A stretch of 63,143 nt of DNA, the filler included, from Bacteriovoracaceae bacterium (GTDB lineage: Bacteria; Bdellovibrionota; Bacteriovoracia; Bacteriovoracales; Bacteriovoracaceae): assembly GCA_018649885.1 (NCBI GenBank). It is 4 parts of 4 records of this genome, joined end to end, with 100 filler letters (N's around TTAATTAATTAA, not from the genome) between each part and the next. Parts side by side here need not be neighbours in the genome. Positions count along the whole stretch, not along the records: positions 39,894 to 60,695 come from JABIHA010000009.1; 3 more parts are not named here. One strand, given 5' to 3'. The translations under genes were made by a program, and so were the position numbers. Below the pieces are notes generated by a model that was given only the letters and a program-made list of their open reading frames with translations, had not been told where the DNA came from and did no database searches. This document shows positions 40,491 to 49,821 of this stretch, piece after piece (the first letter of the stretch is position 1; each line of letters opens with the position of its first letter).

Positions 40491-41762
40491 TTAAGCTAAA
40501 AAATTTTGAATAGCATCACAGGCCAACTTTAGATTGGGAGCATTTTTCTCAATAAAGTCTTCTGTAAGGACCTTAGACTTGAGAGATTCTTGGTATATTT
40601 TGGCCCCATTGTAATCAACTGTGGCCACTCGGCAACAAAGCCAATCGCTCGGAAGGTAGAAATCCGTTGCTGGAAGTACCGCAACTTTTATTTCGGACAG
40701 AAGAGTCTTGCTCAAATCATCTGAAGTAAAAATTTGGTATTTCTTTTGTAGCTTCTTTCTGAAATTTTCAAAACTTGGCATTAGGTAAAAAGCTCCCCCT
40801 GGCTTTGGAAGAAGAAAACCCATGGAAATAAAGCGGTGATATAAGTAGTAGCCCGAAGCGCGATGGATTTTTGAACATTGCCCAATATATTCCATAATCT
40901 CGCTATCCCCAGAGTAGGCCATAACTCCGGCATTTTGAATGGGGGCACTAACTGCGCTGAATGTTTCGCTCACCAGGCTCGCTAAACATTTTATCAAAGA
41001 GCTCATTTCTTTAGAGCTAGCAAGAAAACCCAAGCGATAACCTCCTGCAGAATGGGATTTGCTCAGTCCTGCAGTTACAATTGTTCGCTCTGGATAATAA
41101 TGAAAAAAGCCTTTTTTCTTATTCCCGGTAAAATCAATTTGGGCATAAATTTCATCACTAATGACAATGACATTGTACTTTTTGCATACCTTGACGATAT
41201 CTTTTATTTCTCTATCGCTATAGACTGTGCCGGTTGGATTATTGGGACTATTGATGATTAGAATCTTTTGTTTTGAGGTCAATGTTTGGCACAAATTTTC
41301 GAGCTCAAACGGCCTAATTTTATAATTGTTTTCAAGTTTGGTTAAAATTCTAGAAATATGCTTGCCTCTGATATTAACCTGGGGGCCATAGCTCACCCAG
41401 CTAGGAGCTGGAATAATAACAGTTCCATCGAGTGCAAATAGTGCTTGGAAAAGAAGCTCCTTACTTCCAGGGCCAATGATAATATTATCTGGGTTGAATT
41501 TGTAATTAAACTGCTCTTTGTAAAACTCTGAGATCTTTTCTCTCAACTTGAGAAGTCCAAGTGTAGGAAGGTAATCCTTCTCATGGGAGGACTCTCTTAA
41601 GGCCTCCACAATCTTGGGATGAACCGGAAATGGTGATTGTCCAAATCCCAAATGATAAACACACTCCCCTTTTTGTCTCATTTCCTTAACTAAGGTATTG
41701 AGCCAAAGTGTAGAGGACTCCTTTAGTTCAATAATATCTTTGTTGAGTAGTAGTTCTTCCAT
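40491..41762 (-). CDS. PLP-dependent class I/II aminotransferase
   Basis: NSPNNPTG, SDEIY, LSKSHSAGGYRLG. Confidence 0.93.
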   Translation of the reverse strand: MEELLLNKDIIELKESSTLWLNTLVKEMRQKGECVYHLGFGQSPFPVHPKIVEALRESSHEKDYLPTLGLLKLREKISEFYKEQFNYKFNPDNIIIGPGSKELLFQALFALDGTVIIPAPSWVSYGPQVNIRGKHISRILTKLENNYKIRPFELENLCQTLTSKQKILIINSPNNPTGTVYSDREIKDIVKVCKKYNVIVISDEIYAQIDFTGNKKKGFFHYYPERTIVTAGLSKSHSAGGYRLGFLASSKEMSSLIKCLASLVSETFSAVSAPIQNAGVMAYSGDSEIMEYIGQCSKIHRASGYYLYHRFISMGFLLPKPGGAFYLMPSFENFRKKLQKKYQIFTSDDLSKTLLSEIKVAVLPATDFYLPSDWLCCRVATVDYNGAKIYQESLKSKVLTEDFIEKNAPNLKLACDAIQNFLA

Positions 41763-41902
41763 TGCACTATTATATAAGAGATCCTAGTTCTTACTAGATA
41801 TTCTTGATTTTAATATTTCCAGATGGATTCTGTCGGGTTTTAATAATAAGACTATGCCAATTGATCACAGACTAGTGGAGCTTCTTTTTCATTTTAGTCA
41901 GA

Positions 41903-43192
41903 TTAGATATGAGGGAATTCTTCCCCAAAAGCAGGACGAAGGTCATCTAGCCATTGTGCTGAGGGGTCATATTTAGCAAAAAATGATGTTTTAACTAATT
42001 CAGGGTTTCTGGCCTGAAGGAAACTAAGGACAAATATTTTTTCGTCATTTATTTTTGAGATGCTTTCAACGCAAACTTTTCCCACTGTGGTCGACATTGA
42101 TGGCCCCCGAACAGTCCTAGCGAGCCCACTTACATTTCTAATGGCCAATTGATAAATTTCCAGTGCGCGCTCTAGGGAAAGGCCGAAGTAGTGCTTGGGT
42201 CCAGTGTCTCTTTCAACAAACATATAATAGGGAATCATTCCCAGGCGAACCTGCTCACTCCACATTTTAATCCATACTTCAGGATCGTCATTGATATGTT
42301 TTAATACCGGAGACTGGGTTCTGATTTGAGCACCTGTTTGCCTAATATTTTCAATGGCCTGATGACAAACTTCGGTGTTGATCTCTTTCCAGTGATTAAC
42401 ATGGGCCATAAAGGCCAGGTGTTTTCCCGAATCCACTATCTTTTTAAAAAGCGCTAAAATATTTGGGGTGTCTGGTTCGTTAACGTACTTCCTAGGCCAA
42501 AAAGAAAGTGACTTGGAGCCAATTCTTATATTTTGGATATGACTCATTTCTTTTTCAAGGAGCGGTTCTACATAAAGGGCCAGGGTTTTGGCGTTCATAA
42601 ACATAGGATCGCCACCAGTGATAAGAACATCTGTGATCTCTTTATGTTCCCTAAGATAGGCCACGAAACTTTTTGCCTGGTCTGTTGCAAATTTAAGAGA
42701 AGGATCACCTACAAATTGGGCCCACCTAAAACAAAATGTGCAATAACTGTGACACTGCTGTCCTTGTGAGGGAAAAACGAGAGCCGTTTCTCGGTATTTG
42801 TGCTGCAGCCCTGGAATAGCAAAGTTATTGAGCGAGGGGACATTGGCCTCGAGCTGGTTTGCTGGGTGTGGATTGAGCTCGGCCCTAATCTCACTGGCGA
42901 TACCTTGAATATCAGATGGAGTATTGAGTTTATTTTCAATGGCCTCATTCATCTTTTCATAATGGTGCTCTGAAAGCATATCTTTTTGCATGAAGGTCAA
43001 TTTGAAGATGGGGTCATTTTCCAAATCTTGCCAATTAATTAATTTCTCAGCAACGTAGTTGTTAACTCTAAAGGGCAGCACGTGGCCCACAACTTGAATG
43101 GACTGCTTTGTTTCATCTGATAAAAGCTTATACTGAGGAAGCTGATCTATTGTTTTGATGGTGTAAAATTTAAACTTTTGGCAAAAGGTCAT
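41903..43192 (-). CDS. KamA-family radical SAM protein (lysine 2,3-aminomutase-like)
   Basis: HKYRET, CHSYCTFCFR, DVLITGGDP, QSPVLKHIND. Confidence 0.9.
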   Translation of the reverse strand: MTFCQKFKFYTIKTIDQLPQYKLLSDETKQSIQVVGHVLPFRVNNYVAEKLINWQDLENDPIFKLTFMQKDMLSEHHYEKMNEAIENKLNTPSDIQGIASEIRAELNPHPANQLEANVPSLNNFAIPGLQHKYRETALVFPSQGQQCHSYCTFCFRWAQFVGDPSLKFATDQAKSFVAYLREHKEITDVLITGGDPMFMNAKTLALYVEPLLEKEMSHIQNIRIGSKSLSFWPRKYVNEPDTPNILALFKKIVDSGKHLAFMAHVNHWKEINTEVCHQAIENIRQTGAQIRTQSPVLKHINDDPEVWIKMWSEQVRLGMIPYYMFVERDTGPKHYFGLSLERALEIYQLAIRNVSGLARTVRGPSMSTTVGKVCVESISKINDEKIFVLSFLQARNPELVKTSFFAKYDPSAQWLDDLRPAFGEEFPHI

Positions 43193-43576
43193 ACTCAGAG
43201 GGATCCTAACATTTCAACATCATAGAGTCGCCAAACCTAACATTAGAATGCCCTCATTTGAAGTACTACTTTCCTAATAAATGGAATTTTAAAGATGGAA
43301 AGCGCCACTTCCCTTGACGCGCAGCGCTGTTATTTTTTATTTTTGCCACTTACGGTGAGTATTCAAAGCGTTCCATTACCCGCAATTCTTTTACCTCATT
43401 ATCAATTCAATTACAGAATGCGAACAATTCAAATCAAAAAGCAGCTAAATTACAAGGGCGTCCTTTTAAAATAGGAAATAGGAAGCACTATAAATGCTGT
43501 TTAATGCACACTGTCTTTGTTGGAATTGGAAGGTTCTGTACTCAGGTAACTCTTAAATTTTTTCAAAGGGATAACA

Positions 43577-43900
43577 ATGAAAGGTTTTTTAATTTCTATT
43601 TTAATGATGGCCGGAGTAAACACCTATGCTGGTGAAAAGTATGTTTGCCAACAATTTGATTACCAGACAAAAACATTGAGCGGGCACACAATTGTATTAA
43701 CACAAACGGGCAAAGGAATTCTTCAAGAAGAAGTGGAAATGGAATTTACACTTGAGCTTTTTTGGCAAACCGAGTGGCGCCCAAAGCTTGAGGTGGAAGG
43801 AGTCGTCCTGACGGAAGATGTTATGGTTACGTTCAAATCAAATGATGGGGAAACCCCACGAGAGCTATATCTGTCGATAAGTATACTAATGTTGCCATAA
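43577..43900 (+). CDS. Small secreted hypothetical protein
   Basis: Signal peptide MKGFLIS..TYA, beta-rich body. Confidence 0.65.
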   Translation: MKGFLISILMMAGVNTYAGEKYVCQQFDYQTKTLSGHTIVLTQTGKGILQEEVEMEFTLELFWQTEWRPKLEVEGVVLTEDVMVTFKSNDGETPRELYLSISILMLP

Positions 43901-43933
43901 GACGGCACCCCAAATACGACTCATCTCATTCAA

Positions 43934-43950
43934 TTGGCACCTATATTGAA
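43934..43950 (+). promoter_or_regulatory. Possible sigma-54-like promoter
   Basis: TTGGCACCTATATTGAA (GA instead of GC at -12), ~50 nt before the ATG at 44002. Confidence 0.35.
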
Positions 43951-44001
43951 ACAGATAGTAGTAAATCATGGATGAGAAAATAAATTTTATTGGGGGAGTA
44001 G

Positions 44002-45372
44002 ATGGTAACTTACGGCAAATTCTTATACTTGCTAATTATTTCAATCACTTTCAGCGCTTCAATGAATGCCATGTCTGCATGTCGAAACTACCAGGTTTCT
44101 GGACATGTAAAATATTTTGACAGTGAAATGGGAAAACTCCTTCCAATCAAAGGAGCAAAGGTAAAAATTAGTGGAAAAATTGAACCTTGGTGGTGGGGCC
44201 CATGGGGAACTGTCACAACAAGTAGTAGCGGTTATTTTTCTATTAATACCGGTAAAAGTTGTGTAGCAAGAAAACTTAGAGTTCAGGTAAAACTAGACAG
44301 TTCAACTTTGCAGCTTAGAACAACTCAAAATACCGCTCAATTTTTTACAGTTTTTGAAACACCTTCTGCAACTAGTAGCAGTGATTTTAGATCCCTTAGG
44401 CTCTATTTTGGAGTCGACAGTTGGCACGGGGGTCTTTCAATACCTGGAAAAAGTACAACAACAAATTCTATTAACAATTTAAATTCAAACAACAATGAAG
44501 TTCACGCTGCTCTTTGGGCCTATACTAGATCTGCCATAGATTATATTGGTGCCTTTGAACAAAAGGTTTTTGTATACTACCCCTATGACTTTGATTATGA
44601 CTGTGAAGATAACACTGATAACTGCGAACCCAATGGTGCGGTTTTCTATAGCAGTAAACATAAAATTAGAGTCTCTCACAAATTTGATAATACTAAGATG
44701 AAGGCCTTTAGAGGAACTGTTTTACATGAACTAGGCCATGTTTACTATTTTGAACACGTAACCACTCAAAGCAATATTTGTGGCACTGATATAGACAGAC
44801 ACGCACAAGGAATATGTCCATCTATTTCATTTAATGAAGGTTTTGCGCAGTACTTTAGTGATAACCTTGTCAATATCCTCTACGGGAATGATTTGTATTA
44901 TGGGCCAGACCTAATTTTACCAAAAAATAGATACCGCCTCTACAATGATGGAAATATCAGCGATCTTTCGGATTTAGAAAGAGGTGACTTTGGAGTCAAG
45001 TCAACTCTAAAGCTCATAACTCTCGACAATTTATACGGATACACCTTTTCTACCTATGATGGCAGCTCATATTTCTATGCTGAGCCTTTCCATAGTAAAT
45101 TTTTAAGTTGTCCAACCATAGCAAAAGTCAGTTTTCGAGATATACTCGGTGCACTTGATCCCATTGCAAACTCATCATTTGACCATCAGTGGGATGAACG
45201 AGATAGCTCAAATGGACTTTTCAACTTCATTGATCGACTCAAGGCCATTAGATCTAGCTTTAATACAAATGATGTTAATTTTTACTTACAATTTCATGAT
45301 GTGAGTTTAAGCAGCGAACCTCATGACTACTGCTCAACAAATATAAAGGCAATATACAAATTAAGTAAATAA
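44002..45372 (+). CDS. Secreted gluzincin-type zinc metalloprotease-like protein
   Basis: Signal peptide, Ig/transthyretin-like N-domain, HELGH, downstream NEGFA. Confidence 0.75.
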   Translation: MVTYGKFLYLLIISITFSASMNAMSACRNYQVSGHVKYFDSEMGKLLPIKGAKVKISGKIEPWWWGPWGTVTTSSSGYFSINTGKSCVARKLRVQVKLDSSTLQLRTTQNTAQFFTVFETPSATSSSDFRSLRLYFGVDSWHGGLSIPGKSTTTNSINNLNSNNNEVHAALWAYTRSAIDYIGAFEQKVFVYYPYDFDYDCEDNTDNCEPNGAVFYSSKHKIRVSHKFDNTKMKAFRGTVLHELGHVYYFEHVTTQSNICGTDIDRHAQGICPSISFNEGFAQYFSDNLVNILYGNDLYYGPDLILPKNRYRLYNDGNISDLSDLERGDFGVKSTLKLITLDNLYGYTFSTYDGSSYFYAEPFHSKFLSCPTIAKVSFRDILGALDPIANSSFDHQWDERDSSNGLFNFIDRLKAIRSSFNTNDVNFYLQFHDVSLSSEPHDYCSTNIKAIYKLSK

Positions 45373-45407
45373 TTAAAAGGAGGCACCAAGTTAGGTTTTA
45401 TAACTTC

Positions 45408-46283
45408 CTAGCTGAGAAAAAACTTTCTCATTGTAGTCATTAAAGCAATTGGATCGTCTTCCATGGGAAAATGTCCAGCATTAGGTACTTTCTCGAAAGT
45501 AGCGTGAGAAAAAATCTCAGCTATATATTCTATATCTCGATTTGAAAAATATGGCTCAGGTATCCCCCAAAAAATGTGAACTCTCTTAGGATAAAAGCTT
45601 TTGTAGTTCTTAGACACTTTAGTCATGGTTTCATCGTACATGTCGAGGTTCTCAAGCCTCATTGCTGTTTTTCTTGTAGATCTATTTTTTAAAAATGATT
45701 GATAGACTCTTTTTGTTTCTCTATTTTTGAAGGCACTATGCATGAGAACAGGCAATCCCCAGGAAAACGAATTAAGCTCAACAACTGCAAGCCTAGAAAA
45801 GAAGCGGTATTGGAAAGGCCACCACCAGTGTGGCCGAAATTTTGGATCTATCCCGGTATTAATAAATAAAAGTTTTGAAATTCCCACTTTAAGTCCCTGT
45901 TCATTTAATAGAGCTAGTGCTCCTAAACATATGGGGCCTCCCCAGTCATGAAGCGCTAGAGAGACCTCGCTTCCATTGCTGACATGGTCTTTAAGGAAAC
46001 TTGCAAGGCTTTTACTTAAATCTAAAAAATCACAGCCGTTTTCTGGACCATGGCTTTTCCCAAAAGTTAATAAGTCTGGGGCAACAACATAGTATTTTTC
46101 ACAGAGTTGCTCCATATAGGCCCTAAACCCATGAGAAGAAATGGGACTGCCGTGGATGAGAAAAAGTAAAGGGTTGGATTTGTCTCCCATCACATTGGAA
46201 AAAAGCTGGTAAGACTCTATATTTTTTCTCTGATTTAAATTCATGGGAACTACTTTAGCACATAATTTGCAATGCTTGCCCAA
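45408..46283 (-). CDS. Alpha/beta hydrolase (haloalkane dehalogenase/OleB-like)
   Basis: HGSP, APDL..FGKS, HDWGG Asp nucleophile, AGHFPMED. Confidence 0.85.
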   Translation of the reverse strand: MGKHCKLCAKVVPMNLNQRKNIESYQLFSNVMGDKSNPLLFLIHGSPISSHGFRAYMEQLCEKYYVVAPDLLTFGKSHGPENGCDFLDLSKSLASFLKDHVSNGSEVSLALHDWGGPICLGALALLNEQGLKVGISKLLFINTGIDPKFRPHWWWPFQYRFFSRLAVVELNSFSWGLPVLMHSAFKNRETKRVYQSFLKNRSTRKTAMRLENLDMYDETMTKVSKNYKSFYPKRVHIFWGIPEPYFSNRDIEYIAEIFSHATFEKVPNAGHFPMEDDPIALMTTMRKFFLS

Positions 46284-46378
46284 ATTTTACTTTGATCTTG
46301 CTCATAACTTTAATTGATCTACTTATTTTTAAGTATCAGGTGACAGATGTAGCTTCAATAAACAAATGGGAGGTTGAA

Positions 46379-46861
46379 ATGAAAATAAAATTCTTATTAT
46401 TAATGCTGGTACTTACTAGCAGTGCTCACGCTAACCCCAATGCTTGTGATGACTACCTTAGCCGACATTATAAAAAAGACCTGGTCTTACAATCAGCGAA
46501 TTTTACAAATAGAACCTTGATGGGGGATTTTTACTTTCCTCATCAACGTGTTGTTTTATCTATTAAAAACAGCGGTGAGGTCAACCTAAATTCGCTCCCC
46601 ACTGATGATGGGGTGTACCGTAATATTTGGATAAAAATTAGAGGAGTAGAAAGAAAAGCACGAATTAAAATGCCCATTATCTCTGGTCAGATAGCCAAGG
46701 CCTACTTGACTCTTCCCGGGAGAGCTTTAAGGCCCTGTAGAAGAGAAACTATCACCATTGATACAAAACACACTGTTGGCCAGTGGGGATGCCAAGTCTG
46801 GAATAACGATATTAAAACAGTGGTAATGAGGACTGGAAGATTCCTCTGTAGAAGAATTTAA
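46379..46861 (+). CDS. Secreted Ig-like (CARDB-like) protein
   Basis: GGAGG RBS before MKIKFLLL, signal peptide, DL..IKNSG..ID..NND pattern. Confidence 0.6.
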   Translation: MKIKFLLLMLVLTSSAHANPNACDDYLSRHYKKDLVLQSANFTNRTLMGDFYFPHQRVVLSIKNSGEVNLNSLPTDDGVYRNIWIKIRGVERKARIKMPIISGQIAKAYLTLPGRALRPCRRETITIDTKHTVGQWGCQVWNNDIKTVVMRTGRFLCRRI

Positions 46862-46876
46862 GGGAACCAGGGGGTA

Positions 46877-47374
46877 GTGATGCGTATGGGAATCATTTTG
46901 TTTTTTTCTTTAATTGTAAATCACCTTTTTGCGAGTGATATTTTGCTTTCGAATATAGAGGCCAAAGGGATGAGTGATAATTCAAAACTACTAATTGAAA
47001 CAAATGAAAAAGGAGATATAAATAGGTTTAGGCTGGACTCTATTGAATATTTTTATATGTTAAAAAAAACAAACTATATATCAATTGAGCAGGTAAATAG
47101 CGGAGTAAGCTTGAGAGAACAAAGAGGTGTCTCTGTTATTAAGATTAAAAGTTCAAATCTCACCTCGACTGGCGGTGGCGATATCAAAATATATTTCTTA
47201 AAGTCTGCTTTGAATAAAAAATACGGCGGAAAAGATGTGGACCTCGTTCGAGAGGGAGATGACTGGAAACTTCTAGATTCAAAAAAGGTAGAATTCAATC
47301 AAATGGTTTTAATTCTAAGAAAATTCCTCGGAGCTCCTGTAGGAATAAAAAATATATTATTTAAAAAAAATTAA
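46877..47374 (+). CDS. Secreted hypothetical protein
   Basis: Signal peptide, beta-rich, ends GIKNILFK. Confidence 0.75.
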   Translation: MMRMGIILFFSLIVNHLFASDILLSNIEAKGMSDNSKLLIETNEKGDINRFRLDSIEYFYMLKKTNYISIEQVNSGVSLREQRGVSVIKIKSSNLTSTGGGDIKIYFLKSALNKKYGGKDVDLVREGDDWKLLDSKKVEFNQMVLILRKFLGAPVGIKNILFKKN

Positions 47375-47472
47375 AATAGAAGGCAGCACAATTGGGACGA
47401 ACGTTAATATGAAATAGTCCATTCCATCTATTTTTATTGAATAATAGTCGACAATAACAAAAGGAAAAAAAA

Positions 47473-48279
47473 ATGCAAAAAAATGCAGTAAAAAACCTGG
47501 TTGTTACTTTTGTTTTGGCCATCGGTCTAATCTCATCGCAAGATGGTTTTGCTAGGCATAGTTTTAGCAAAGGCAAAGTAAATGACAGTAAAATTGTTAA
47601 AACAACGGATCTGAGTGAAATCAGCACTGGAGCAGCAAGAGCTGATAACAGAAACTCAAGAACAAGAAGACCTAGAAACAGAAATCCAAGGGCCCGGCCT
47701 CGAAACAGAAACCCAAGAGCACGGCCTCGAAACAGAAATCCAAGAACAAGAAGAGCTAGAAACAGGAACCCAAGGACACGAAGAAATAGGAATAGGAACA
47801 GGACCCCAAGGACAAGAAGACCTAGAAACAGAAATCGTCACGTCCACAGAAGAAATGTGAGAGGCCGGTGGCGCACGCATAGACACACTGCTCCTGCTAG
47901 AAATCACGGGCGGTTTAATCGCATCTTCAACCATCATAATAGATGGAGTCGAGCTCACTACTTTTGGAGATCAATTCCTAGGGGCCACTGGTGGAAAGAC
48001 TGGATAATGTCACCAGCGCCAAGAGGGTTCATGGGCTACCGTGTTTTCAATGGCTACCCATACTTTGTATACAATGGTTTCAGACACCGTTACTCGTCAG
48101 TTGATCTATGTGACTACGATCTCATAGACAGCTACTCTGATACAGTCGAAAGCTCGTACTATGGGCTTCGCTGTTCTCAGGCATATGACCAATGTGCTTG
48201 GGATAGGGATATCTACAATGATGGCGAAAGAGATTTTCGTTATTTTTGTGCAGAAAAAATTGATAGGTATTTTTTGTAA
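47473..48279 (+). CDS. Secreted protein with RNRNPR repeats and Cys-containing C-terminal domain
   Basis: Signal peptide; repeated RNRNPR(A/T)R units; His/Trp-rich linker; four-Cys acidic C-domain. Confidence 0.85.
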   Translation: MQKNAVKNLVVTFVLAIGLISSQDGFARHSFSKGKVNDSKIVKTTDLSEISTGAARADNRNSRTRRPRNRNPRARPRNRNPRARPRNRNPRTRRARNRNPRTRRNRNRNRTPRTRRPRNRNRHVHRRNVRGRWRTHRHTAPARNHGRFNRIFNHHNRWSRAHYFWRSIPRGHWWKDWIMSPAPRGFMGYRVFNGYPYFVYNGFRHRYSSVDLCDYDLIDSYSDTVESSYYGLRCSQAYDQCAWDRDIYNDGERDFRYFCAEKIDRYFL

Positions 48280-48300
48280 GTTAAAAATCATATGTCTACA

Positions 48301-48340
48301 CCTTTGGGCCAAGTGCATTCAAAGCACTTGGTCCCAAAGG
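48301..48340. terminator. Long hairpin between convergent genes
   Basis: CCTTTGGG-CCAAGTGC..GCACTTGG-T-CCCAAAGG. Confidence 0.7.
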
Positions 48341-48351
48341 TGCGGACCATA

Positions 48352-49668
48352 CTATAAATTCTCAGAAAATTTCTCAACTTTTTCCCAGGCATTTAAAAAT
48401 CCTTCAGCAGAGCTCTGAAGGGAGAGGGAATTGCTTCTATTTCCAAGCTCCTTGATAAACCCCTTCATCATTCCGACATGTCTTAATCCAGAGGTGTTAA
48501 AATCGTCTATATTAACAACTCGACTTTTTTCAGAACACCCGTGTTTTCCATATTTGGGTTTGAAGTGATTTATCCCACCATTAAAGTCACTTCCAAATGC
48601 GATTGGCCGTGGTTCATTAGCGTAGAGTGAATTAATATGTTCATATTGAAACAAAAAAGAGTCGATGGTCTTGGGGCAATAATCAAGTGATTTTTTATAT
48701 TTTTTACTGACTTTACTTAATGATTTTATATCACCGCCAATTCCAAACAATCCTCCAAGGTCATAAATTTCATTAATTTCGTCGTTTGAAAAATTTCGAG
48801 GATCATCTAGAACTTCTTTAGTGTATCCATGGGTGACAATTGGTGGAATTTTATGGCGCTTTAATATTTTTAAAGTATCTGCTCTGGAATCTTCTCCCAT
48901 GTGAGATAAGTCCACCATCATTCCAGAATTAACCATAGCATTTACAACTTTCTTTCCAAAATCTTTTAATCCTCTATTCTTGCCCAGTAATTTCCTAATT
49001 CTCCCGTTAATGTTAAAAAATCGATAGACTCGATTTGAGAGGTAAGACCCACCAATTTTGTTATCCTTCATATGTATGGGGCCCATCATGCGGACACCTC
49101 TTTTTTTCCAATGGTAAATATCATCAACAGATTTTATGAGTTTTGTTGCGCCCTCAATTGCGTGAACAAATACAATTCTCCCACTAGAAATGGCCTCTCT
49201 TGCCTCCCCTGAACTCAATGCAATAGCATATTTCTGAGGAAACTTTGCCACAAATCCCTCTAAATATTTAATTTGTTTTTCGATATCTTTTTTTGGGTTG
49301 TAACCAGGAAAACCCATTTTAAATACATTTCCAAGGGCCGTGGCCACTATTATTTTTAAACCTGATTTTGCTAAATATGGTTCAAACATAGTCTGTTTGA
49401 ATCTATGTTTATGGGTTAGAGATGTAGGATTTTTAATTTTCTGAAGAGCTCCAGCGCCATAACCATAACCCAATTTATGGGCAGCGAAGTGAGCGTGTAA
49501 GTCGACCACACCAACAATTGGGATATGTGAAGAATTGGAATCTGCACCAACTCTAGTGCAAAATAAAAATAAAATGACAGCAAAAATACCATTCATAAGA
49601 CCTCCTATGGACCACTCATAAAATACCCGCCTACTGGTATATTCATTGGTTGAAAATTGGTATGACAA
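48352..49668 (-). CDS. Exported membrane dipeptidase (peptidase M19 / amidohydrolase fold); probable start at MNGIFAV
   Basis: DLHAH, IEG, VDLSH, IVTH, FGSDFNG. Confidence 0.85.
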   Translation of the reverse strand: MSYQFSTNEYTSRRVFYEWSIGGLMNGIFAVILFLFCTRVGADSNSSHIPIVGVVDLHAHFAAHKLGYGYGAGALQKIKNPTSLTHKHRFKQTMFEPYLAKSGLKIIVATALGNVFKMGFPGYNPKKDIEKQIKYLEGFVAKFPQKYAIALSSGEAREAISSGRIVFVHAIEGATKLIKSVDDIYHWKKRGVRMMGPIHMKDNKIGGSYLSNRVYRFFNINGRIRKLLGKNRGLKDFGKKVVNAMVNSGMMVDLSHMGEDSRADTLKILKRHKIPPIVTHGYTKEVLDDPRNFSNDEINEIYDLGGLFGIGGDIKSLSKVSKKYKKSLDYCPKTIDSFLFQYEHINSLYANEPRPIAFGSDFNGGINHFKPKYGKHGCSEKSRVVNIDDFNTSGLRHVGMMKGFIKELGNRSNSLSLQSSAEGFLNAWEKVEKFSENL

Positions 49669-49821
49669 ATCTCAATTAATGAGATGTCTGCGCTTATGAA
49701 TCTAAAGTGATGAACTTAATGATAAAAATCACCTTCAATATGGACCAGGATTGCTTTGGTTCCAGTTAAATTAAGTTAAAAAGGATTTAATAGACACCGT
49801 GGGTTGGATCTGTAGAATAAT

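Noticed and set aside
47640..47840. 27-30-bp periodic DNA repeats as a possible CRISPR array
   Set aside because: No unique spacers, in-frame with synonymous variation, no cas genes: a coding repeat
47615..47958. Alternative-frame ORFs with ETEIQ and PVSS repeats
   Set aside because: Shadow frames of the RNRNPR repeat gene
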